The position numbers and the translations under genes were made by a program. A stretch of 64,000 nucleotides of DNA, taken from positions 251 through 64,250 of the forward strand of contig JAYQOB010000007.1 of NCBI GenBank assembly GCA_038144595.1, read 5' to 3'. The notes below the pieces were generated by a model that had not been told where the DNA came from, made no database searches, and saw only the letters and a program-made list of their open reading frames with translations. The stretch comes from Candidatus Poseidoniales archaeon (GTDB lineage Archaea > Thermoplasmatota > Poseidoniia > Poseidoniales > Poseidoniaceae). Positions 11,401 to 19,965 of this stretch are shown piece after piece (within the stretch, counting starts at the first letter, position 1; the number at the start of each line of letters is the position of its first letter).

Positions 11401-12726
11401 ATGGTTTTGAAGTGCCTTTGCATTACTTCCCCGCTTATGGAGTCAATCATTCGAGGTGCTCGAAACGTAAAGAGAAAGCCTGGACGTAGCGTTGGCGTAG
11501 TTATCATCATTGGATTCTCACTCGCGATTTTCCTTACGTCAAGTATCGTTGCATCAAGCATTGAGGCACAAGCTGCAAATCTCGAAGATAGTCTCGGACG
11601 AACAATTGTCGTCACCGCCTCGGATGCGAGTTTCGATAGTTCCGCAACCATCAGTGAAGACATCCTCAACCTTACGAACAACATGAGCCAAGTTGAATCG
11701 GTTCAAACATTTGTCACAGAAGTTGACCGCTCCGGCATCAGTGCGATTCTTGCCCAAGGAGGCCCACCCAATCCAGAGGCCTTACGTGCAGCAGTCCGAT
11801 TCATCTCAGGTCAAAACCTGAGTGCAGAACTTGAAGGATTTGTTTCAGAGGAATTGGTCTTGGTCGATGGCAGGATGCTCAATGAGTCCGATTCTGGCTC
11901 ATACAACGTGCTTCTTGGCGTAGAGGCTGCTTTCTCGAGCGAAATCGGTGTTGGTGATTCTCTTGAACTCGAGGGAGTGTCGTTCAATGTCGTCGGCCTG
12001 ATCTCCGGCGAGGTTTTCCAAACGAATGCGACCATTTTGATGAGCATTGACATCGCTCAGGCCATAACCGAAACCACCGGTTTCGACAAGGTGGTAATCA
12101 CGATAGATTCAATTGAATTGGTCGATGATACGATGAATTTCCTGCGTTCTGAATACGGTGATGAGGTAACCGTTCAGACCGCATCGGACCAACAAGGTGA
12201 CGACATCGCTCAATCAATCGATACGATTGGTGGCAATGCAGATTTAGGCGCCATGGCTGCACTCTTTGCGTCGTTGCTCGTGGTTGGTTTCATCATGGTG
12301 ATCATCACCAAAGAAAGGGTAAATGAAATCGGCGTTCTCAAAGCCATTGGCTTGCCAAATTCGAAAATCGTTACTCAATTTTTGAGCGAATCAATTTTCA
12401 TGGCGTCTCTTGGATTTGTTGTTTGCATTCTCATCACGTTAGTTGCCGGTCCAATGATGCAGACTATGCTCATTGAATCAGGTTCAAATGATGTATCATC
12501 AACAGTAGAAGAATCAACGCCACAACAGTTTCAACCTGGCCAAATTCTCAATCCTACGCCAGAGTCCTCTTCTATGGATTCAATCACCTCCTTGGAGTTT
12601 TCTGTCGACGGAAAGAGTATTCTTACGAGTTTTGGATTAACGATTTTGATTGGAATAATTGGAGCGCTCTATCCCATATTGGGGGCATTGAGAATGCAAC
12701 CAGCGCAAGCATTGAGGTACGAATGA
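11401..12726 (+). CDS. ABC transporter permease, FtsX/MacB type
   Basis: 441 aa. N-terminal TM helix (VGVVIIIGFSLAIFLTSSIVA), a large extracytoplasmic domain of about 230 aa, then three C-terminal TM helices with KERVNEIGVLKAIGLPNSKIV (FtsX-family motif). Abuts the ATPase gene. Confidence 0.8.
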   Translation: MVLKCLCITSPLMESIIRGARNVKRKPGRSVGVVIIIGFSLAIFLTSSIVASSIEAQAANLEDSLGRTIVVTASDASFDSSATISEDILNLTNNMSQVESVQTFVTEVDRSGISAILAQGGPPNPEALRAAVRFISGQNLSAELEGFVSEELVLVDGRMLNESDSGSYNVLLGVEAAFSSEIGVGDSLELEGVSFNVVGLISGEVFQTNATILMSIDIAQAITETTGFDKVVITIDSIELVDDTMNFLRSEYGDEVTVQTASDQQGDDIAQSIDTIGGNADLGAMAALFASLLVVGFIMVIITKERVNEIGVLKAIGLPNSKIVTQFLSESIFMASLGFVVCILITLVAGPMMQTMLIESGSNDVSSTVEESTPQQFQPGQILNPTPESSSMDSITSLEFSVDGKSILTSFGLTILIGIIGALYPILGALRMQPAQALRYE

Positions 12727-12727
12727 G

Positions 12728-13615
12728 GTGAGAGTGATGAAGGATGAAGAGAACGAAGAAAAAATGACAGACTCACCTTCTAACGAAGAAGCATCCAACG
12801 AAATGCTTCCCCTTGACCAATTGAAGGAAACTGTAGTTGCTCAGTATGGAGATGATGCTCGATTAATTTTGGATTCAATTGATGAGGTTGAAGCCATACT
12901 TCTCCGCCGTCAAGCAAGGGCGAAAGGTGAATTTGATGATGCAAAGGCCATCATCCATCTGTCGGGATTATCGAAAAAGTATGAATCAGCAGGAATGACT
13001 CCCGTTGATGCTCTGAAGGAAGTCGATCTATCAGTCGTCCAAGGTGAGATGGTTGCAGTGATTGGACCATCTGGTTCGGGAAAATCAACACTCCTGCAAA
13101 TGATGGGTGCATTGGATGTTCCAACCACAGGTGGTGTGAGGATTAATTTCCAAGAATTGTCCGAGATGAACCCGAAGGAACTGACCCAATTTAGAAGCCA
13201 AACTGTGGGTTTCGTATTTCAAAAATTCAACCTCATCCCTAATTTGAGTGCATTGGAGAATGTTTCAATTGCGATGGAATCCACGAAAATGAACCGTCAA
13301 GAAAGGAGGTCGAGAGCTGCCGAACTTCTCAAAGAGGTTGGACTTGGCAAGCGGATGAGCCATCTCCCCGGACAACTTTCAGGTGGTGAACAGCAGCGAG
13401 TTTCCATTGCCAGAGCATTGGCGAATCACCCGAAGATCATCTATGCAGACGAACCCACAGGGTCGCTCGACTCAAAGACGAGTAGGACAATCATCCAACT
13501 GTTTGACAGAATCAGAAGAGACTTCAACACGACCATCATTATTGTCACACACAATCATACAATTGCAAAGCATTGTGATAGAACTGTGAAAATCAAAGAT
13601 GGGAGAATCAAGTAG
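12728..13615 (+). CDS. ABC transporter ATP-binding protein (MacB/LolD-like) with an acidic N-terminal extension of about 75 aa
   Basis: Walker A GPSGSGKSTLLQMMG, Q-loop, signature LSGGEQQRVSIARAL, Walker B IIYADEPTGSLD, H-loop VTHN. Confidence 0.9.
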   Translation: MRVMKDEENEEKMTDSPSNEEASNEMLPLDQLKETVVAQYGDDARLILDSIDEVEAILLRRQARAKGEFDDAKAIIHLSGLSKKYESAGMTPVDALKEVDLSVVQGEMVAVIGPSGSGKSTLLQMMGALDVPTTGGVRINFQELSEMNPKELTQFRSQTVGFVFQKFNLIPNLSALENVSIAMESTKMNRQERRSRAAELLKEVGLGKRMSHLPGQLSGGEQQRVSIARALANHPKIIYADEPTGSLDSKTSRTIIQLFDRIRRDFNTTIIIVTHNHTIAKHCDRTVKIKDGRIK

Positions 13616-13671
13616 ATTGGTGATATTCGTGGGAAGGGACGTGACAAAGACAGAGAAAAGAATGAGGAGCG

Positions 13672-14910
13672 TTGAATGACATGAACAGAGATTTTGTCTG
13701 GTTCGTTATCGTTATTATCCTAGGCGGCAATAACTTAGTTATGCTTAATTCAGAAGAGACAACAGACCCAAATCTGATTGATATTGAAGAATTAACTTGT
13801 TCACTTGGTGAGATAATGGTGAGCAATGTTTCACTAGGTGAAGGATACGAATGTACTGAGTTCGACCCGCACAGCATAACCCACGCACATCCTGCTCCGG
13901 GGTTGTCGGTGAGCAACGTTATTGACAACGGTTCCGCCATCGCTATTTTTGGTGATGTTGACCATCTTCACCCCAATGAAATTAGTGTCAGGTTGAATCT
14001 TGACGAGGACGTCACCATCTCCACACAACCCAACATGGACGGAGCCTGGTCGCTCACTGTGAATAGCAGTGCTGAACAGTTCTATCTCAACATCACGGCT
14101 AACCACGATTTGGAGGAAACAACCTCAAACACTACATTCATCGAAATCAATCGAACGGCTTCTGCAGAAGAGAACGGAGACACGGTTCAATCACAGAATT
14201 TCTCGATCCTGTCCGCATATCACGGTCTCGACGAACTCCCGTTTCTTGCGAACCTCCTGTGTGGGTTTAACGTGGCTGGCGATGACGGAATGCCGGTCGT
14301 GTTCTCGACGCAATTGCAGGCCGACAGCGTCGTCCCAGAATCCTTCTTGGTGATACGCTCCGACGGTGAGAGCGTGGTGCCTAACTGCGCCACTCTCCAT
14401 CCCGCCGATGAGCCTCTTGAGCAGCGCACCGTCCTGCTGACTGGCGACTTCGGCACATTCGGAGAAACGCCCATACGGGTTGAAATCACCGGCCCCCTGC
14501 TCACTGTTGACGGGGATTCCCTTCTCGGTTTGAGCACCGAAGACATCACCCCACTCGAAGACGGCCCCCAAGTCGTCCTCGCCGAACGCTTCGCACCCGA
14601 TACCAACGGCCTCGCTGGAGAGTGTCCCGACGGCACCGTTCAGGTTGTCCAGCTCACTTGGGAAGGAGGTGTAACAGGTCCCGACAATGCCGCCCTAGGT
14701 GAGGACCAACGCATGGGGACTCGTGTGCTGCTCGAGGATGGGTCCATGGTGAACCCTCTCGCACTCGTCGACGATGACCCCGACAACCACGTGCTGGTGT
14801 GCCTCGCCGAGGACAGCCCCGCACAGTGGGTTGTAGTCGATGCAGGCCTGTTTCACGACCCGGGTGACATTGCCAACCCGGCCACTCATGCCGAAGTCAT
14901 AGACGGGTAA
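13672..14910 (+). CDS. secreted or membrane-anchored hypothetical protein, compositionally chimeric
   Basis: 412-aa ORF with an N-terminal signal anchor (FVWFVIVIILGG). The first about 500 nt are AT-rich like the island. From about 14180 the DNA is GC-rich like the core genome, with the long spurious antisense ORFs typical of GC-rich coding DNA. Confidence 0.5.
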   Translation: MNDMNRDFVWFVIVIILGGNNLVMLNSEETTDPNLIDIEELTCSLGEIMVSNVSLGEGYECTEFDPHSITHAHPAPGLSVSNVIDNGSAIAIFGDVDHLHPNEISVRLNLDEDVTISTQPNMDGAWSLTVNSSAEQFYLNITANHDLEETTSNTTFIEINRTASAEENGDTVQSQNFSILSAYHGLDELPFLANLLCGFNVAGDDGMPVVFSTQLQADSVVPESFLVIRSDGESVVPNCATLHPADEPLEQRTVLLTGDFGTFGETPIRVEITGPLLTVDGDSLLGLSTEDITPLEDGPQVVLAERFAPDTNGLAGECPDGTVQVVQLTWEGGVTGPDNAALGEDQRMGTRVLLEDGSMVNPLALVDDDPDNHVLVCLAEDSPAQWVVVDAGLFHDPGDIANPATHAEVIDG

Positions 14911-15006
14911 AATCCCGGCTTCACAGAACGAGAGAACAGGTCTTTGTGACCTCTCAATACCTTCTCCACCACCGCACCCCAAAATGGAGTCATGTCAGTT
15001 ATGGTT

Positions 15007-15585
15007 TCAAATCAACTCATCTTTGTGTAAATTAACACGCTTGCCCATTCCATCCCTTACTCTCGTCAGGATCCCTTGTGATTCCAATTTCGACAACGAT
15101 CGGCTAATTTTTGAGTTCGTCATGCTCGATTCCTTTACGATGTTCGATTGCCAGCATTGACCATCATGTTGGAGTAGAAATTCAATGATGAACTGTTCTG
15201 TTGAATTGTATTGTGCAAGGTTTGGATTGAAATCGACATCTGTTTGTGATGGTTCCGAGTTTGATGAGAATGAGAGTTCCTGTTTTTTCCTTGATCTTAT
15301 GTTTGATGCGTTTACACCCGCTATGAATCCTACAAAGATCAGAGTTGATGAATAAACAATCAAAATGAATATTCCTTTCAAGGTCGCATCCGTGCTTATC
15401 GCTACGTAAATTGCTCGCCCTGTGAGGAGTATCACAATTAACATCGAAAGCACGACAACTGACTGCGAGGACGTATTGTCAGTTCTTGATTGAGGGTAAT
15501 CCATTACCATGTTGCTTCTTCCGAATCCTGCTACTAAAGAAACTTGGTATACGGTGTTTGTATATTCGCAAACCAGCGTATTCAT
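15007..15585 (-). CDS. membrane-tethered winged-helix (MarR/TrmB-like) putative transcription regulator
   Basis: 192 aa. Two N-terminal TM helices (VVVLSMLIVILLTG, IFILIVYSSTLIFVGFIAGV), then a C-terminal wHTH (FIIEFLLQHDGQCWQSNIVKESSMTNSKISRSLSKLESQGILTRVRDGMGKRV). Its start overlaps the stop of 15582-15911 by 4 nt. Confidence 0.55.
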   Translation of the reverse strand: MNTLVCEYTNTVYQVSLVAGFGRSNMVMDYPQSRTDNTSSQSVVVLSMLIVILLTGRAIYVAISTDATLKGIFILIVYSSTLIFVGFIAGVNASNIRSRKKQELSFSSNSEPSQTDVDFNPNLAQYNSTEQFIIEFLLQHDGQCWQSNIVKESSMTNSKISRSLSKLESQGILTRVRDGMGKRVNLHKDELI

Positions 15586-15911
15586 GGTTCCTTACCATTC
15601 CACATCCATACTCCGTCATCGCTGAGTTTTGTGAGTTCGACAGGAATCCATTTGCTCCCGTCCCACTGGTGGTGGCCGTCAGGACTTATCGAACCGGTTT
15701 CGATGGAAACCACTTCTTTCACCGTCTGTTGGTTCTGGATTGGCATCATTGGCGAGTTAATTTCATCAGATTTCGCACTATTATGTTGTCTTGGTTGGTC
15801 ATTTGAGGCTTGAATTTCTCCTTTTTTACGAGGCGTCCACTCTGAACCATCCCATGTCCACAAACCATCGTTGCTGACTTTGGCAAAATCGCTGTTTTTC
15901 GACCATCCCAA
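15582..15911 (-). CDS. small protein with three W-x-W-D/N-G-x-x-W mini-repeats
   Basis: 109 aa: SNDGLWTWDGSEWTP, SPDGHHQWDGSKWIPV, SDDGVWMWNGKEP. An alternative upstream ATG at 15949 lies in another frame. A duplicated pseudogene copy is at 7221-7590. Confidence 0.55.
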   Translation of the reverse strand: MGWSKNSDFAKVSNDGLWTWDGSEWTPRKKGEIQASNDQPRQHNSAKSDEINSPMMPIQNQQTVKEVVSIETGSISPDGHHQWDGSKWIPVELTKLSDDGVWMWNGKEP

Positions 15912-16100
15912 CTTTGGGGACCATCTGCAGTAGAGTCGTCAGGTCCCATATTAATGCCACAAACTTTGGTTGATTTTTATTTCTTCTGCGATTTTCTCCG
16001 CTCACTATTCTTTGACCGATTTATGCACAAGGGTTCCAACATAACACCCCTTGGAACATTGTAAACGAATACATGGGTTCGCAGTGCGTGTTCGAGGCTA
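15585..16100 (-). repeat. right arm (IR-R) of the inverted repeat of about 0.5 kb; its outer end carries copy D of the short repeat
   Basis: See IR-L. The reverse complement of 16030-16100 reads tagcctcgaacacgcactgcgaacccatgtattcgtttacaatgttccaaggggtgttatgttggaaccc. Confidence 0.85.
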
Positions 16101-16151
16101 CCCACATTGTCGTATAGGGATACTAGGGGGACCGATGAATACGCCACAATT

Positions 16152-17860
16152 TCAACATCTAAACTTACGTTGATATCTTGCTGCTAAGAGAAGGGCGAAA
16201 AGAAGCAACCATGATTCGAATCCTGGGACAGTTTCATCTAAATCCCCGCCTTCATCATCGACTTCCTCCCAAAATGATGGGTCATTTGGGTAAACATCTG
16301 AGTTATCTCCAACACCATCTCCATCAGAATCCAGACTTTCACTTGGATCTCCTGGGAAAGCATCGAAGTCGTCGGCGATGCCGTCTCCGTCAGTGTCCAA
16401 GTATGGGACAACGATTTCGTAACGAGTCTTCATCGGTGAGAATCTGTTGTAAATCATCATCATAAACGAAAGCTCTTGCGTTGACATTGTAAGCCATGGT
16501 GATGTTTCCTCGAATGGATTCAACGCTCAAACCGAGTGAGAAATTATTCTGAATCGACAAGCCATCCGAGCGGTTCCAGTGGTGAATTAAGTCGAAGATC
16601 GTATTTCTCCACAGAAGATGCCTCAAAAGATGAATTTTCAAACGCCACCTCAATGTAGGTTTCATCATGCGTTGAGGTTAGGATGGTCCCATTAATGAAA
16701 AAGAAATCAACCTCCATCACCTCTGCTTCCACCGGTATGTTTAGGGAAAACGTTGCTTCGTATTGGGCCTCAGGTTCTGCCCACTCACCCGTCAAAGGGT
16801 CGTAAGACCATACTCCTGCCCACTGACATATTCCATCTCCATCAAGGACAAACTCTCCACCAGCCTCAACGGCCGCTTCTGGGGCAACAAGACCTTGACA
16901 AGCCGCAAGAGTAATCTCAAACCAATGGATTGTAACCAGCGTTCGTTGGGCGAGTCACCTTCGTAGACTTTAATGAACACATACTGGTTTTCGGAAATGT
17001 TGGAATACATTTCCTCAACCGAGAGCGTGAGTGAAAATGAATCTCCATCGCTCAACGCATCGGATTTTGCCCACAAATTTTGCGTGTGAAGATTGTATTT
17101 TTCAACGGAAGAGGCAGAAAAATTTTCTTCAAAAAAGGCAACTTCCAACGTACACCTCTCCTGTTTCAGAACCTGAAAAAACCGAGCCGTTGACCATAAT
17201 TGCGTCGCTCGTTATGACGGTCCCATTCAGGGACAAATCGAACTGGAATTCTGGTTCCTCATCCCCAAACTCATGAGGTACAACAACAAAAATACGCCCG
17301 GAATTTCTCGCTGAACCTTCCAGCAGTGTCGTATGTGACCAACTCAATTCGGATTTGATTTTGTGTTGTTCCCGTTGAGTCCACCTTTCACGTTGGCGAA
17401 ACTCTTATGACCAAAATCCAGCAGATTCGTTGATGCTGCCATCATCACTCGAATAGGAATATGTATGTCCGTCGAGGTCAAACGTATCATCTCCGTAAGG
17501 GGCGTCAAAGAGCACCTTCCATTCATAGGAAGCAATGCCACTACTTGTTTCGTTGGCGTGGTCGGGGTCGAAAGAGCCACTGCCATCAAAATGGACAGTC
17601 GTCTGTCCGTCTTCTTCCAAGCATCACCTTGTGCGGTATACATTCCATTCCTCATCGGAAACATTTTTTGTCACTATTTGCACAACAAGACCTTCCTCCT
17701 CAGTGACAGTTGCATCCGTTATTGGACGGTGTTCGTCGTTTTCATCGTCGTGGGTGAAAGAGGCATGAATAGACTCGTCCAAAATCGAATGTGGCGCCAT
17801 TTCTGCGGCGGCCATTGAAAAAAAGAGAAAATGTTTACCACGAAAACAAGTCTTCTTCAT
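16152..17860 (-). pseudogene. large secreted surface protein (PKD domain, thrombospondin-type-3 Ca-binding repeats, PGF-CTERM sorting signal), at least 5 frame disruptions
   Basis: Signal peptide MKKTCFRGKHFLFFSMAAAEMA (ORF 17624-17932). PKD-like VHFDGSGSFDPD...IASYEW (ORF 17405-17620). Duplicated EVAFxENxSASSVEKY modules (ORFs 16792-17148 and 16544-16795). DTDGDGIADDFDAFPGDPSESLDSDGDGVGDNSDVYPNDP, then VPGFESWLLLFALLLAARYQRK at the C-terminus (ORF 16152-16523). Confidence 0.65.
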
Positions 17861-18158
17861 GGCAAATTTACTTGGCAGATGGTTATTAATTCCATCGCAA
17901 AAATTGTCTGAGGCTCCTACAATCAAATTCAACGCTCTTTATGGGAATCTCCTTACTCCTCTTGTTTATGTTCTTTTTATCCAGAAGGGTTCACCGTGTG
18001 CCATATGTATGGGTACTCCTCTTTGGTTGAACTATGTAAAGTATGGAGATCGGATGAAATGTGGATTTTCAATCGTACTTCTTATGCATTCGCCTTTGAA
18101 TTCAATACTTTGTACAGGACTGGCCAGGCGATGAGTTGGTATTGATGATTGGGAACGC

Positions 18159-19591
18159 TCATCCCATGTTGGAGAGCGGCCCTTTCATGAATTCACGAAG
18201 CAGCACCGTAGCGTAGCTGCCTGAACCCAGGGTGAATCGGAATCGAACACAAGCACCCTCTGGATGCCATCGGTCGCCCTCGCCTGGACCCTTCTCTGGA
18301 TGCCATCGGTCGCCCTCGCCTGGACCTTTCTCCCAGCGCTTGCCCAGCGTGCTGCCCTCGGCAATCGGGACGGTGTCCACGGAGAACTCCTTGAATTCGG
18401 CCACGAGGCCTCGGGCGTTCCCTTGCTGGACAAGCGTGGAATCGCTTCCACGTTCCACGTGACATCGGCCAGACCCTCGCTGTCAATCGTCGCTTGCTCA
18501 AGTTGACCGGGGTGGTGCTCGCAGGTGGAGATCTCGCTGCCCGGCAGCGGGCCGGTCGTCGCAAGACGGCCGAGGTCGCAGTTTCGTCCGATGCGGTTGA
18601 GGGTGCGCTCTTGCACCACGACACACGAATTGACGTCGAGTTGACTCTTCTCGTCGATGCGACCCACGATGTCGCCAACCACCGGGCGGGAGAGGGGCAG
18701 ACCCTCCTCGAGGCGGCGCTGAAGGGACTTGTTGAACACAATGGACTGCAGGGCGTGAACGGTCATCAGCTGGAGGTTGGTGGGTAGTTTTCGGAAACGC
18801 TCCAACGTGGTCGTCTGGGTTGGACAGCAGGTGCTCAATCATTCGACGTTCAAAGCCCATCCAGCGGGGAAGGGTTTCGAGGAGGCCTTCATCAAGTCCG
18901 TTCTCACGAATCTGCTTGCGAATGGCCTGCGCTTCCTCTTCCTCGTTGGGCCCCTCCATCGAGAGGTAGGTCATCACGGCCTGTTCCCAATCTTCGTTGA
19001 CCACGTGGCGTCCAACATGCGGGTGACCGGTCGGCCCGAGCCAAATCGCTGCGGTCCAATCCAGTTCGGGAATCGCTGTCCTCCAAGTGAGGCTTCCATG
19101 TCGTTCTGGATGCGTTCGACCTCAGCCATGGCCTCCTCATCGGTCATGGGCGTCCCGTCGGGGTGGCAGCATCCCCGAACCACGATGGTGAAACGGTTGC
19201 CACGGTGGTTGCCGAATCCGATCTTCTGGTGGGTGCGGCCGAGCACTTCGATTTCAACGTCGGGCAGTTCCACCTCGGCCACCTTGTTCATCGGGGCGTC
19301 GATGACGAAGAGTTGGGAGGTCACGGCCCGCTTGTCTTTGGTTCCGGCGAAGAAGACGCGGTTGCGGGGGATGCGGAGTTTGGCCGAGAGTTGGTTGCAG
19401 AACCGGTTGGTTTCCCAGTTCGTGAGGGTGATCTTGGCGACCGTGAAACGGCCACGGTTGTCATGATGAACGGGTGTGGCAATTTCTTCAACACGGAAGT
19501 CGGTCACGCGGGCTTTGATGATGCCACCGATGCCTTCGTGCGGTGTTGCATACCCCTGCAAGCCGATGGCTTGTGCGATGGGGTCGGACAT
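18159..19591 (-). pseudogene. truD: tRNA pseudouridine(13) synthase TruD/Pus7 type; frame broken 3 times as given (may be sequence error)
   Basis: The N-terminal piece (ORF 18974-19627) has FFAGTKDKRAVTSQ (catalytic Asp motif) and GPQRFG. It continues as VVNEDWEQAV (ORF 18498-19004), RKLPTNLQLMTVHALQSIVFN (ORF 18185-18838) and RFRFTLGSGSYATVLLREFMKG (ORF 18159-18458). Frame breaks lie near 19005, 18800 and 18440. The start is taken at MSDPIAQ. Confidence 0.8.
18258..18330. repeat. 36-bp in-frame tandem duplication (2 copies) inside truD
   Basis: ctggatgccatcggtcgccctcgcctggacc occurs twice, 36 nt apart. It encodes EKGPGEGDRWHP twice on the minus strand. Confidence 0.8.
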
Positions 19592-19607
19592 GGAAACGAC
19601 CTGGGCT

Positions 19608-19865
19608 TCAGAGCGTTGCGTCGTCAAACTCGGTGGCGACGCCGCCGATGATGTCGGTCAGCACCTTTTCCACGCCGGCTTTGGACGTGGTGCGAATGTA
19701 GAATTCTGGGTCGTCGAGTTCGGGGTGGCCGGGGAAGTAGTTGGCGTAATCAACGTCCTTGTGGTTGTTGAGTCGCTCGCGAAGCACTTGGAGAGCGGTG
19801 TGGCTTTCGCCGATGATACGAAGGCGGAGTTCGTTTTTCTCTTTCAAAAGGACGGTAACAGCCAT
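19608..19865 (-). CDS. rpoL: DNA-directed RNA polymerase subunit L (Rpo11)
   Basis: Internal Met of ORF 19608-20132: MAVTVLLKEKNELRLRIIGESHTALQVLRERLNNHKDVDYANYFPGHPELDDPEFYIRT matches the archaeal RpoL pattern (E-x-H-T, then HP...P). The 85-aa size is typical. Confidence 0.8.
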   Translation of the reverse strand: MAVTVLLKEKNELRLRIIGESHTALQVLRERLNNHKDVDYANYFPGHPELDDPEFYIRTTSKAGVEKVLTDIIGGVATEFDDATL

Positions 19866-19965
19866 GATAACCGACCTTGCGACCTGCCCCCTTGTTTTGA
19901 ACCTTCTTGTCCGACGGTGCCGTGGTTTACCTTGAAGCAGCCACTTCAGGACCACAGCACACCTG

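Noticed and set aside
1-18150. Search for a transposase, integrase, recombinase or toxin-antitoxin genes that would explain the island and the inverted repeats.
   Set aside because: No ORF shows DDE, tyrosine- or serine-recombinase, HUH or typical TA motifs that I can recognise. Absence by eye is weak evidence, given the heavy frameshifting.
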